Assembly (NCBI GenBank): GCA_950097015.1
Contig: CATNEN010000011.1
Coordinates: 682,001 to 746,000 of the forward strand
Origin: Macrostomum hystrix
Lineage: Eukaryota > Animalia > Platyhelminthes
Direction: 5' to 3'
Length of the DNA stretch: 64,000 nt
Below, one piece after another: positions 12,161 through 23,596 of this stretch. A model generated the notes under the pieces. The model had not been told where the DNA came from. It made no database searches and was given only the letters and a program-made list of their open reading frames with translations. A program made the translations under genes and the position numbers. Numbering within the stretch: the first letter of the stretch is position 1; each line of letters starts with the position of its first letter.

Positions 12161-14107
12161 ATGAGCCGTCAGGTTGGTAAGTTTTACAGCTGGGCGATGG
12201 CAGCTTTCATCATCGCTTGCTGCCTCTCTGCCGTCCTGACAGCACCGAATCCTGCTGAAGACCAAGACTTTGACCCTAATGATTTTGATGATAAGCGAGG
12301 CTACGGCTACCTGAGGCAGGCCATGATGAAGAAGGGCTACGGCCACCTGAGGCAGGCCATGATGAAGAAGGGCTACGGCTACCTGAGGCAGGCCATGATG
12401 AAGAAGGGCTACGGCCACCTGAGGCAGGCCATGATGAAGAAGGGCTACGGCTACCTGAGGCAGGCCATGATGAAGAAGGGCTACGGCTACCTGAGGCAGG
12501 CCATGATGAAGAAGGGCTACGGCTACCTGAGGCAGGCCATGATGAAGAAGGGCTACGGCTACCTGAGGCAGGCCATGATGAAGAAGGGCTACGGCTACCT
12601 GAGGCAGGCCATGATTAAGAAGGGCTACGGCCACCTGAGGCAGGCCATGATGAAGAAGGGCTACGGCTACCTGAGGCAGGCCATGATGAAGAAGGGCTAC
12701 GGCTACCTGAGGCAGGCCATGATGAAGAAGGGCTACGGCCACCTGAGGCAGGCCATGATGAAGAAGGGCTACGGCTACCTGAGGCAGGCCATGATGAAGA
12801 AGGGCTACGGCTACCTGAGGCAGGCCATGATGAAGAAGGGCTACGGCTACCTGAGGCAGGCCATGATGAAGAAGGGCTACGGCTACCTGAGGCAGGCCAT
12901 GATGAAGAAGGGCTACGGCTACCTGAGGCAGGCCATGATAAAGAAGGGCTACGGCTACCTGAGGCAGGCCATGATGAAGAAGGGCTACGGCCACCTGAGG
13001 CAGGCCATGATGAAGAAGGGCTACGGCTACCTGAGGCAGGCCATGATGAAGAAGGGCTACGGCCACCTGAGGCAGGCCATGATAAAGAAGGGCTACGGCT
13101 ACCTGAGGCAGGCCATGATGAAGAAGGGCTACGGCCACCTGAGGCAGGCCATGATTAAGAAGGGCTACGGCTACCTGAGGCAGGCCATGATGAAGAAGGG
13201 CTACGGCTACCTGAGGCAGGCCATGATGAAGAAGGGCTACGGCTACCTGAGGCAGGCCATGATGAAGAAGGGCTACGGCCACCTGAGGCAGGCCATGATG
13301 AAGAAGGGCTACGGCCACCTGAGGCAGGCCATGATGAAGAAGGGCTACGGCTACCTGAGGCAGGCCATGATGAAGAAGGGCTACGGCTACCTGAGGCAGG
13401 CCATGATGAAGAAGGGCTACGGCTACCTGAGGCAGGCCATGATGAAGAAGGGCTACGGCTACCTGAGGCAGGCCATGATGAAGAAGGGCTACGGCCACCT
13501 GAGGCAGGCCATGATGAAGAAGGGCTACGGCTACCTGAGGCAGGCCATGATGAAGAAGGGCTACGGCCACCTGAGGCAGGCCATGATTAAGAAGGGCTAC
13601 GGCTACCTGAGGCAGGCCATGATGAAGAAGGGCTACGGCCACCTGAGGCAGGCCATGATGAAGAAGGGCTACGGCCACCTGAGGCAGGCCATGATGAAGA
13701 AGGGCTACGGCTACCTGAGGCAGGCCATGATGAAGAAGGGCTACGGCCACCTGAGGCAGGCCATGATGAAGAAGGGCTACGGCTACCTGAGGCAGGCCAT
13801 GATGAAGAAGGGCTACGGCTACCTGAGGCAGGCCATGATGAAGAAGGGCTACGGCCACCTGAGGCAGGCCATGATGAAGAAGGGCTACGGCTACCTGAGG
13901 CAGGCCATGATGAAGAAGGGCTACGGCCACCTGAGGCAGGCCATGATGAAGAAGGGCTACGGCTACCTGAGGCAGGCCATGATGAAGAAGGGCTACGGCC
14001 ACCTGAGGCAGGCCATGTTAGACAAACGCGGCTATGACTATCTGAAAGACGCCATGCTGCATAAAAGAGGCTACGGCTATCTTCACAAGGCCCTGAAGGA
14101 CATCTGA
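12161..14107 (+). CDS. Secreted multi-copy (neuro)peptide precursor, copy 1 (648 aa; 47 x GYG[Y/H]LRQAM[M/I]KK plus 3 divergent terminal peptides)
   Basis: Signal peptide MSRQVGKFYSWAMAAFIIACCLSAVLTA, acidic spacer ending DDKR, dibasic KK/KR after every peptide except the C-terminal one, stop TGA, downstream AATAAA at ~14238. This is classic prohormone architecture. The ORF track starts at an upstream TTG; the ATG is at 12161. Confidence 0.9.
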   Translation: MSRQVGKFYSWAMAAFIIACCLSAVLTAPNPAEDQDFDPNDFDDKRGYGYLRQAMMKKGYGHLRQAMMKKGYGYLRQAMMKKGYGHLRQAMMKKGYGYLRQAMMKKGYGYLRQAMMKKGYGYLRQAMMKKGYGYLRQAMMKKGYGYLRQAMIKKGYGHLRQAMMKKGYGYLRQAMMKKGYGYLRQAMMKKGYGHLRQAMMKKGYGYLRQAMMKKGYGYLRQAMMKKGYGYLRQAMMKKGYGYLRQAMMKKGYGYLRQAMIKKGYGYLRQAMMKKGYGHLRQAMMKKGYGYLRQAMMKKGYGHLRQAMIKKGYGYLRQAMMKKGYGHLRQAMIKKGYGYLRQAMMKKGYGYLRQAMMKKGYGYLRQAMMKKGYGHLRQAMMKKGYGHLRQAMMKKGYGYLRQAMMKKGYGYLRQAMMKKGYGYLRQAMMKKGYGYLRQAMMKKGYGHLRQAMMKKGYGYLRQAMMKKGYGHLRQAMIKKGYGYLRQAMMKKGYGHLRQAMMKKGYGHLRQAMMKKGYGYLRQAMMKKGYGHLRQAMMKKGYGYLRQAMMKKGYGYLRQAMMKKGYGHLRQAMMKKGYGYLRQAMMKKGYGHLRQAMMKKGYGYLRQAMMKKGYGHLRQAMLDKRGYDYLKDAMLHKRGYGYLHKALKDI

Positions 14108-14408
14108 CTGGTTAATTACGGCCAACAGCTGCGAAATGTTGTTTGAAATCTAACAAAACAGTTGTTCAAAACACTTTTTTATTTTATTAAAGGCGAATGA
14201 ATCTACATTCGTGAAGGCAAGAAGATTATGAAAGAATTAATAAATAAAATATACACCAAAATAACTACAATAGCAATTACTTTCACCCACTGCCTTTATC
14301 TTCTATACTAATTAATATTAGAAAGTTACACAGGTTAGAACTATGAAAAACGAGACAGTTTCTACACTGCATCTCCAAACTGATCAGAAAGTGAAGAGAC
14401 TACAGCAA

Positions 14409-14591
14409 TTAGATCAATTCTGGTTGCTCGTTGTGTTTCTTCGTCACATCGATCCGCACTTTTGATTGCTCTGAACTGCCCAGCTTAGCAAACTTAAAAT
14501 GCGTGGAAGAGATTCTTAAAACTGGCGGGAATTCAATTTGAATTGATTCTGGCATTTTTTCTGCAAAACATTTGTCGCTTACAGTCGACAA
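14409..14591 (-). CDS. Possible terminal exon of an unknown minus-strand gene (60 codons)
   Basis: Acceptor-like ttttgggttag lies directly before an open, non-repetitive frame; identical protein in copy 2 (26133-26315). No upstream exon identified. Confidence 0.25.
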   Translation of the reverse strand: MSTVSDKCFAEKMPESIQIEFPPVLRISSTHFKFAKLGSSEQSKVRIDVTKKHNEQPELI

Positions 14592-14639
14592 CTAACCCAA
14601 AATATAGTTTATTGACAGAAAACTTAAGCTGTTATGGAA

Positions 14640-17600
14640 TCGCATCAAGAATCGTAGCAAGAATCACATCTGGAATCGGGGAATCGTAGCTAGAAGAACA
14701 TCTGGAATCGTGGAATCGTAGCTAGAATCACATCTGGAATCGTAGCTAGAATCGCATTAGGAATCATAGCTAGAATCACATCTGGAATCGTAGCTAGAAT
14801 CGCATCAGGAATCGTAGCTAGAATCACATCTGCAATCGTAGCTAGAATCACATCTAGAATCGAAGCAAGAATTGCATCAGGAATCGTAGCTCGAATCAAA
14901 TCTGGAATCGTAGCAAGAATCGCATCTGGAATCGTAGCTAGAATCACATCTGGAATCGTAGCTAGAATCACATCTGGAATCGTAGCTAGAATCACATCTG
15001 GAATCGTAGCTAGAATCACATCTGGAATCGTAGCTAGAATCACATCTGAAGTCGTAGCTAGAATCACATCTGGAGTCGTAGCTAGAATCACATCTGGAAT
15101 CGTAGCAAGAATCGCATTAGGAATCATAGGTAGAATCACATCTGGAATCGTAGCTAGAATCACATCTGGAGTCGTAGCTAGAATCACATCTGGAATCGTA
15201 GCTAGAATCACATCTGGAATCGTAGCTAGAATCACATCTGGAATCGTAGCTAGAATCACATCTGGAATCGTAGCTAGAATCGCATCTGGAGTCGTAGCTA
15301 GAATCACATCTGGAATCGTAGCTAGAATCACATCTGGAATCGTAGCTAGAATCACATCTGGAGTCGTAGCTAGAATCACATCAGGAATCGTAGCTAGAAT
15401 CACATCTGGAATCGTAGCTAGAATCACATCTGGAGTCGTAGCTAGAATCACATCTGGAGTCGTAGCTAGAATCACATCAGGAATCGTAGCTAGAATCACA
15501 TCTGGAATCGCATCAGGAATCGTAGCAAGAATCACATCTGGAATCGTAGCTAGAATCACATCTGGAATCGTAGCTAGAATCACATCTGGAGTCGTAGCTA
15601 GAATCGCATCAGGAGTCGTAGCTAGAATCACATCTGGAGTCGTAGCTAGAATCACATCTGGAATCGTAGCTAGAATCACATCTGGAATCGTAGCTAGAAT
15701 CACATCTGGAGTCGTAGCTAGAATCACATCTGGAGTCGTAGCTAGAATCACATCAGGAATCGTAGCTAGAATCACATCTGGAATCGCATCAGGAATCGTA
15801 GCTAGAATCACATCTGGAGTCGTAGCTAGAATCACATCTGGAATCGTAGCTAGAATCACATCTGGAATCGTAGCTAGAATCACATCTGGAGTCGTAGCTA
15901 GAATCGCATCAGGAATCGTAGCTAGAATCACATCTGGAATCGTAGCTAGAATCACATCTGGAGTCGTAGCTAGAATCGCATCTGGAGTCGTAGCTAGAAT
16001 CACATCAGGAATCGTAGCTAGAATCACATCTGGAGTCGTAGCTAGAATCACATCAGGAATCGTAGCTAGAATCACATCTGGAATCGTAGCTAGAATCACA
16101 TCTGGAGTCGTAGCTAGAATCGCATCAGGAATCGTAGCTAGAATCACATCTGGAATCGCATCAGGAATCGTAGCTAGAATCACATCAGGAATCGTAGCTA
16201 GAATCACATCTGGAATCGCATCAGGAATCGTAGCTAGAATCACATCTGGAATCGTAGCTAGAATCACATCTGGAATCGTAGCTAGAATCACATCTGGAGT
16301 CGTAGCTAGAATCACATCTGGAGTCGTAGCTAGAATCACATCTGAAGTCGTAGCTAGAATCACATCTGGAATCGTAGCTAGAATCGCATCAGGAATCGTA
16401 GCTAGAATCACATCTGGAATCGCATCAGGAATCGTAGCTAGAATCACATCTGGAATCGTAGCTAGAATCACATCTGGAATCGTAGCTAGAATCACATCTG
16501 GAGTCGTAGCAAGAATCACATCTGGAGTCGTAGCTAGAATCACATCTGCAATCGTAGCTAGAATCACATCTAGAATCGAAGCAAGAATTGCATCAGGAAT
16601 CGTAGCTCAAATCAAATCTGGAATCGTAGCAAGAATCGCATCTGGAATCGTAGCTAGAATCACATCTGGAATCGTAGCTAGAATCACATCTGGAATCGTA
16701 GCTAGAATCACATCTGGAATCGTAGCTAGAATCACATCTGGAGTCGTAGCTAGAATCACATCTGGAGTCGTAGCTAGAATCACATCTGGAATCGTAGCAA
16801 GAATCGCATTAGGAATCATAGGTAGAATCACATCTGGAATCGTAGGTAGAATCACATCTGGAATCGTAGCTAGAATCACATCTGGAGTCGTAGCTAGAAT
16901 CACATCTGGAATCGTAGCTAGAATCACATCTGGAATCGTAGCTAGAATCACATCTGGAATCGTAGCTAGAATCACATCTGGAATCGTAGCTAGAATCACA
17001 TCTGGAGTCGTAGCTAGAATCACATCTGGAGTCGTAGCTAGAATCACATCTGGAGTCGTAGCTAGAATCACATCAGGAATCGTAGCTAGAATCACATCTG
17101 GAATCGTAGCTAGAATCACATCTGGAGTCGTAGCTAGAATCACATCTGGAGTCGTAGCTAGAATCACATCTGGAATCGTAGCAAGAATCGCATTAGGAAT
17201 CATAGGTAGAATCACATCTGGAATCGTAGGTAGAATCACATCTGGAATCGTAGCTAGAATCACATCTGGAGTCGTAGCTAGAATCACATCTAGAATCGTA
17301 GCTAGAATCACATCTGGAATCGTAGCTAGAATCACATCTGGAATCGTAGCTAGAATCACATCTGGAATCGTAGCTAGAATCACATCTGGAGTCGTAGCTA
17401 GAATCACATCTGGAGTCGTAGCTAGAATCACATCTGGAGTCGTAGCTAGAATCACATCAGGAATCGTAGCTAGAATCACATCTGGAATCGCATCAGGAAT
17501 CGTAGCTAGAATCACATCTGGAATCGTAGCTAGAATCACATCTGGAATCGTAGCTAGAATCACATCTGGAGTCGTAGCTAGAATCACATCTGGAATCGTA

Positions 17601-18602
17601 GCTAGAATCACATCAGGAATCGTAGCTAGAATCACATCTGGAATCGCATCAGGAATCGTAGCTAGAATCACATCTGGAATCGTAGCTAGAATCACATCTG
17701 GAATCGTAGCTAGAATCACATCTGGAATCGTAGCTAGAATCACATCTGGAGTCGTAGCTAGAATCACATCTGGAGTCGTAGCTAGAATCACATCTGGAGT
17801 CGTAGCTAGAATCGCATCAGGAATCGTAGCTAGAATCACATCTGGAATCGCATCAGGAATCGTAGCTAGAATCACATCTGGAATCGTAGCTAGAATCACA
17901 TCTGGAATCGTAGCTAGAATCACATCTGGAGTCGTAGCTAGAATCACATCTGCAATCGTAGCTAGAATCACATCTAGAATCGAAGCAAGAATTGCATCAG
18001 GAATCGTAGCTCGAATCAAATCTGGAATCGTAGCAAGAATCGCATCAGGAATCGTAGCTAGAATCACATCTGGAATCGTAGCTAGAATCACATCTGGAGT
18101 CGTAGCTAGAATCACATCTGGAATCGTAGCTAGAATCACATCTGGAGTCGTAGCTAGAATCACATCTGGAATCGTAGCTAGAATCACATCTGGAATCGTA
18201 GCTAGAATCACATCTGGAGTCGTAGCTAGAATCACATCTGGAATCGTAGCTAGAATCACATCTGGAATCGTAGCTAGAATCACATCTGGAATCGTAGCTA
18301 GAATCACATCTGGAATCGTAGCTAGAATCACATCTGGAATCGTAGCTAGAATCACATCAGGAATCGTAGCTAGAATCACATCTGGAATCGTAGCTAGAAT
18401 CACATCTGGAATCGTAGCTAGAATCACATCTGGAGTCGTAGCTAGAATCACATCTGGAATCGTAGCTAGAATCACATCTGGAATCGTAGCTAGAATCACA
18501 TCTGGAGTCGTAGCTAGAATCACATCTGGAGTCGTAGCTAGAATCGCATCAGGAATCGTAGCTAGAATCACATCTGGAATCGCATCAGGAATCGTAGCTA
18601 GA
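14640..18602. repeat. 24-bp minisatellite (gaatcgtagctagaatcacatctg)n, ~4 kb
   Basis: Two 12-bp half-units; source of the ILATIPDV ORFs. Confidence 0.95.
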
Positions 18603-19179
18603 TACGTTTTTGTTTATCAGGAAGCCATGCATTTGTTGTGCTTCTCTTAAACCTTAATTAGACAGTGCGCAAATCTGAGATAAATTTTGCACCGAGTTTG
18701 AGAACTGCTTGCTTGAGTCTGCTGCGCACATTTTCGAGCCAATGTTCCACCCCAGCTGTTCTCTGCTTGCCTTAACCATGCTAATTGGATGCACATCATT
18801 GTGCTTGCTGGTGGGGTGGCCGCCTCCGGCCCCCAGTTACAGGGTTTGCAAATTGCCTGCTATAGCAAAAAGTGAGAAGGAAGCAACGAGTAAGGACTTG
18901 GCACTATTTGGAGATTGAGTGCTTCTACAAGCAATTATTTTCTAAGAAATCAAGCTGCTTTGAATTTCAATCTAAAATAAATGGAATTCACGAAGGAGTA
19001 AGTCATTCAGATTTTAATTAACATTATTGCTTACTTTCTCATTTAAAATACCTTGTAATTATGGCCTACTAGTTATGTAATTAGAAAAATCGACTAGTCC
19101 TTGTTTTGCTTTCAAATAATAGAATATGGAGTTATTACAGTAAGCTTCAGTGCATAAGATAGGTTGAGCTACTAGAATA

Positions 19180-19425
19180 GGTTGCAGCCTAAGACTCATG
19201 TCTTAAAGGTCGGGGGTTCGATTCTGGACTCCACCTGATTCCAGCTGTTCAATGGGTACCAGCATCAGTTTGGGTAATTGAGGGTGGGCGTGGCGTCCCT
19301 CCAGTCCATGGACTGAACAGCTGTACGCAGCCTTCAGGTCCGCCGCACAATAGCTGCGGCTGTGCGGTCGGCTGCATATCTGGGCTAATTGGGGCAAATG
19401 TAACCAATTATAAGTAAAATAATAT
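19180..19425 (+). mobile_element. SINE family 1 copy (internally shortened)
   Basis: B box ggttcgattc; body matches 7143-7458. Confidence 0.8.
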
Positions 19426-19623
19426 TCATCTACAGAGTCATCTACCAGACAGCGAAAACATTAGCAAAGTCGCGAATCAGTCAATAGTCAACAAAGACTG
19501 TCACCAAGTCACAAATAAGAAAATAGTCAACAAAGACTACACAAAGTCACAGATCGGACAATAGTCAACAAAGACTGTTAGTTGCATGCTAGACTACAAG
19601 TTAAAAAACATTTCCCCAAAAGC

Positions 19624-20621
19624 TTCGATCCCTATCAGGTGTTCAAAGTTGAGCAGCAGCCATGCCAAGTTCTGCAAGTCACCGTTATCAAGGGTCGGAA
19701 AATCACCAAAGGTCGACTTTGGGATTTCAGTGAGTGATTTCTTCATCCAACAGAACCTTACGTAGATTGATTGACTGACATATGTCAACGCCTTTCGCTC
19801 ACCAGTTGACAAGCCGGATCCCTATGTACAGCTGAGAGTTTCGTCCAGTCCAACTGGAGTTAAACGGACCAGGTGCATCGAGAACAACTCGGAGCCAATG
19901 TGGAATGAATCTTTCACCTTCCTGCTCGATGGCGAGAAGGAAAATGTGTTGAGTGAGTGAAACGCAACTCATACTACTACAACAACTACTACTAATAATA
20001 CTACTACTATTTGTACTATCACTACTGCTACTATGTGTACTATTACTACTGCTACTATGTGTACTATTACTACTGCTACTATGTGTACTATTACTACTGC
20101 TACTATGTGTACTATTACTACTGCTACTATTTGTACTATTACTACTGCTACTATGTGTACTATTACTACTGCTACTATGTGTACTATTACTACTGCTACT
20201 ATGTGTACTATTACTACTGCTACTATGTGTACTATTACTACTGCTACTATGTGTACTATTACTACTGCTACTATGTGTACTATTACTACTGCTACTATGT
20301 GTACTATTACTACTGCTACTATGTGTACTATTACTACTGCTACTATGTGTACTATTACTACTGCTTCTGGTCCGCATTTCAGCTATCTCGCTAATGGAGG
20401 CGAACCATTTGGGTTTGGACACGCAGTACGGCGAGGTCTATTATCCGCTGGGCGATCTCAAACTCGACCGAATGATTTCGAAAACTTTTCACTTCGATCA
20501 GGTTGGAAATCGTTAACACTTTTTGCGTCTCAAAAATTAGTAGACATTTTTACTATGGACTTTTTTCGTACATATTCTTTCAGAAAGGCCAGATTGACAT
20601 CGAGTTTTATTTGAGCAATGA
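19624..20621 (+). pseudogene. Truncated cPLA2 duplicate: C2-domain exons only (~19624-19729, 19806-19952, 20383-20501, 20584-20621)
   Basis: Exons translate to FDPYQVFKVEQQPCQVLQVTVIKGRKITKG...DKPDPYVQL...PMWNESFTF...LMEANH...KGQIDIEFYLSN. Splice sites are intact and there are no stops, but the locus is cut at the duplication junction (21416) before any catalytic exon. Confidence 0.8.
19970..20365. repeat. Intronic 24-bp minisatellite (tactattactactgctactatgtg)n
   Basis: Fills the intron 19953-20382. Confidence 0.95.
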
Positions 20622-20789
20622 GTGAGTATACCGCAGTGTTCATATCTCTCTGTTGAGTGCAAAAGAGAGATTAGAAGATGAGAGATAGACTGAACTGGCG
20701 ACAGGTAACATAACTTCATGGTGAGAAATAGGACTGAGGCGAAAAAATAACAGGAGATTAGAAGTATAACTGCCAGATTGAGAAATGGA

Positions 20790-21415
20790 ACTATGAAATT
20801 GAGAACTAGAACTGTCAGATTGTGAAATAGAACTGTGAGATTGAGAAATAGAACTATGAAATTGAGAAATAGAACTATGAGATAGAGAAATAGAACTATG
20901 AGATAAAGAAATAGAACTATGAGATAGAGAAATAGAACTATGAGATTGAGAAATAGAACTATGAGATTGAGAAATAGAACTATGAGATGGAGAAATAGAA
21001 CTATCAGATTGAGAAATAGAACTATGAGATTGAGAAATAGAACTATGAGATTGAGAAATAGAACTATCATATTGAGAAATAGAACTATCATATTGAGAAC
21101 TAGAACTGTGAGATTTAGAACTAGAACTATGAGATTGAGAACTAGAACTGTGAGATTGAGAACTAGAACTGTGAGATTGAGAACTAGAACTATGAGATTG
21201 AGAACTAGAACTGTGAGATTGAGAACTAGAACTGTGAGATTGAGAAATAGAACTATGAGATTGAGAAATATAACTATGAGATTGAGAACTAAAACTGTGA
21301 GATTGAGAACTAGAACTATGAGATTGAGAACTAGAACTGTGAGATTGAGAACTAGAACTGTGAGATTGAGAAATAGAACTATGAGATTGAGAAATATAAC
21401 TATGAGATTGAGAAC
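20790..21415. repeat. Intronic 21-bp minisatellite (gagattgagaaatagaactat)n ending at the duplication junction
   Basis: Direct inspection. Confidence 0.95.
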
Positions 21416-21422
21416 TAGGCAA

Positions 21423-21794
21423 TTAGCGGGCCATTGCTGAGCTCTTAATGTTTGCGTCTTTGTATATAAATAGGCGCACACAATTTAGTGTGCTGAACTC
21501 ACCGTTAATCAGAGCGGCAATAATATTCTTCGCAGATTTGCCGTGCATAGCGAATCGATTATCCAACCAGATGGGGTCATCGATCTGATAGGGATCCGGT
21601 TTTACCGAGTCTTTTAATTGGTCGATCTTGTTGCTACTGCCAATTCGTGATCTCTCTAACCCGACATCCTGAATTAGAATAGAATTCGGCACCAACAGGT
21701 CCATGCGCGAACCTTCGACGTTTGAGACCGGGTAGTCGGGCTCATTGAAACTGAGACGCTTTCGAAAATTAAACTTGCTTGGGTTGGATTGCAT
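21423..21794 (-). CDS. Duplicate of the hypothetical ORF 7906-8277 (MQSNPSKF...)
   Basis: Near-identical; the downstream donor present in copy 1 is cut off by the junction. Confidence 0.3.
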   Translation of the reverse strand: MQSNPSKFNFRKRLSFNEPDYPVSNVEGSRMDLLVPNSILIQDVGLERSRIGSSNKIDQLKDSVKPDPYQIDDPIWLDNRFAMHGKSAKNIIAALINGEFSTLNCVRLFIYKDANIKSSAMAR

Positions 21795-21929
21795 TGTCGA
21801 AGTGAATGACCAAATCAAATTCTAATTGCCTTGTCAAAGATATAGCTGCCGTGATTTTAAGCTCTTGGGGTTTTCTTTATCTTTGTAAAAGTCTAGCGAA
21901 CTGCCATAGACTAAACAATAAGCTGGTGT

Positions 21930-22817
21930 AGCAATTATAGAACTGAAGCTAATTCAGAACTGAAGCAATTATAGAACTGAAGCTAATTCAGAACTGAAGC
22001 AATTATAGAACTGAAGCGAATTCAGAACTGAAGCAATTATAGAACTGAAGCTATTATAGAACTGAAGCAATTGTAGAACTGAAGCTAATTCAGAACTGAA
22101 GCAATTATAGAACTGAAGCTATTATAGAACTCAAGCAAATTCAGAACTGAAGCAATTATAAAACTGAAGCTATTATAGAACTGAAGCAATTATAGAACTG
22201 AAGCTAATTCAGAACTGAAGTAATTATAGAACTGAAGCTATTATAGAACTCAAGCAAATTCAGAACTGAAGCAATTATAGAACTGAAGCTATTATAGAAC
22301 TCAAGCAAATTCAGAACTGAAGCAATTATAAAACTGAAGCTATTATAGAACTGAAGCAATTATAGAACTGAAGCTAATTCAGAACTGAAGCTATTATAGA
22401 ACTGAAGCAATTATAGAACTGAAGCTAATTCAGAACTGAAGCAATTATAGAACTGAAGCTAATTCAGAACTGAAGCAATTATAGAACTGAAGCTATTATG
22501 TAACTGAAGCTATTATAGAACTGAAGCAATTATAGAACTGAAGCTATTATAGAACTGAAGCTATTATAGAACTGAAGCTATTATAGAACTGAAGCTATTA
22601 TAGAACTGAAGCTATTATAGAACTGAAGCTATTATAGAACTGAAGCTATTATAGAACTGAAGCAATTATAGAACTGAAGCTATTATAGAACTGAAGCTAT
22701 TATAGAACTGAAGCAATTATAGAACTGAAGCTATTATAGAACTGAAGCTATTATAGAACTGAAGCTATTATAGAACTGAAGCTATTATAGAACTGAAGCT
22801 ATTATAGAACTGAAGCT
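21930..22817. repeat. 17-bp satellite, copy 2 (~0.9 kb)
   Basis: Same monomer family as 8507-11245, shorter and differently ordered. Confidence 0.95.
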
Positions 22818-23596
22818 AGGTGACTTGGAGAGGCTGAGAGAATAGCTGACAGCCAATCACAGTGCAGCTAAGTAGACTCAAACTGGATCTACATTCAAAG
22901 GCTAGAATGCGATGTTAAAAGGTATCATTATTATTTTGCTGGCTAACGCAGCTCGAGAACACTTTAAGCTCGATCGTGCTAAAAATCCGGTAGGTAAATA
23001 TAAGAAATTTATAGATTTTTTAATGCAGTTTAATTAAATTTTGTTTCATTTTAACTCCAGACTCCTTGGAATGGAGAGACGGTATAAATTTGCACCCATG
23101 ATGGATATTATGGAGTTGATGGATATTAAATTAGATTATAAGTGTACTAATTAGCAATAATACTCTGTACGAGAGCCTGAGTCCATCCCACTTGGGAAAT
23201 CCCCAGCCAGTGCATGGGATTATGCTAATCCTAGCTAGTAATTCCTCCCATCCGAATCTGGGATTATCGAAATGTTGAGGCGAGGCGGAAAAAGCGCTTG
23301 ACGAGGAATCGACAGCACAGGAAAAGTGGAACTATTGAAGCCAGTATTGACACATTGTTTTAAGCTTCAGGCCCTCATTAATTATGCAATGCGCCTATAG
23401 CTGGTGCTAGCAAAATGGCAAGTATAAAGCAGCCTTCGTATGCGGCAGCTGGTGTTGGCTCTTGTATCAGAAGCGTGTCGTGTCGCTATTTTGTATTTAA
23501 CGACCAGAAAAAAACGTAAAATTGTTTTTTTAGACCTTAGGCAAGAGCGATTCCGAGCTTCCCAGTTTGCGATTTCGAAGAAAATTACCCACAGCA

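Larger units (their letters stand above)
7899..21415. repeat. Tandem segmental duplication, unit 1 (13.5 kb)
   Basis: Unique sequence from taggcaattagcgggcc through the fourth identified cPLA2 exon and the following intron recurs, near-identical, from 21416. Confidence 0.9.

Noticed and set aside
11946-12161. 71-aa minus-strand ORF conserved in two places
   Set aside because: Conservation reflects only the recent duplication; it overlaps the propeptide promoter/5' UTR and has no coding signature.
12149-14002. 617-aa antisense ORF (LLHHGLPQVAVA)n, and the 713-aa equivalent at 23585-25726
   Set aside because: Shadow of the 36-bp propeptide repeat: the unit has no stop in that frame, and the sense strand carries all the functional hallmarks.
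14690-18571. 625, 654 and 889-aa (ILATIPDV)n ORFs as mucin-like genes
   Set aside because: No ATG start or convincing splice entry, an in-frame TAA just upstream, a TGA in copy 1 and frameshifts at the array edge. Best explained as a 24-bp minisatellite.
18742-18874. Hydrophobic ORF (MFHPSCSLLALTMLIG...) with a gtgaga donor as a signal-peptide first exon for cPLA2
   Set aside because: In copy 2, which carries the complete cPLA2, the GGA codon is TGA, so it cannot be that gene's first coding exon.
19799-21481. Poly-S/T/L/Y ORFs (SSSNSTH, LLLLCV, YYYYC, MCTITTA, SQSHSS, LNLIVLF, RLRNRTM) and their copy-2 equivalents
   Set aside because: Reading frames through intronic 24-bp and 21-bp minisatellites of the cPLA2 exons.
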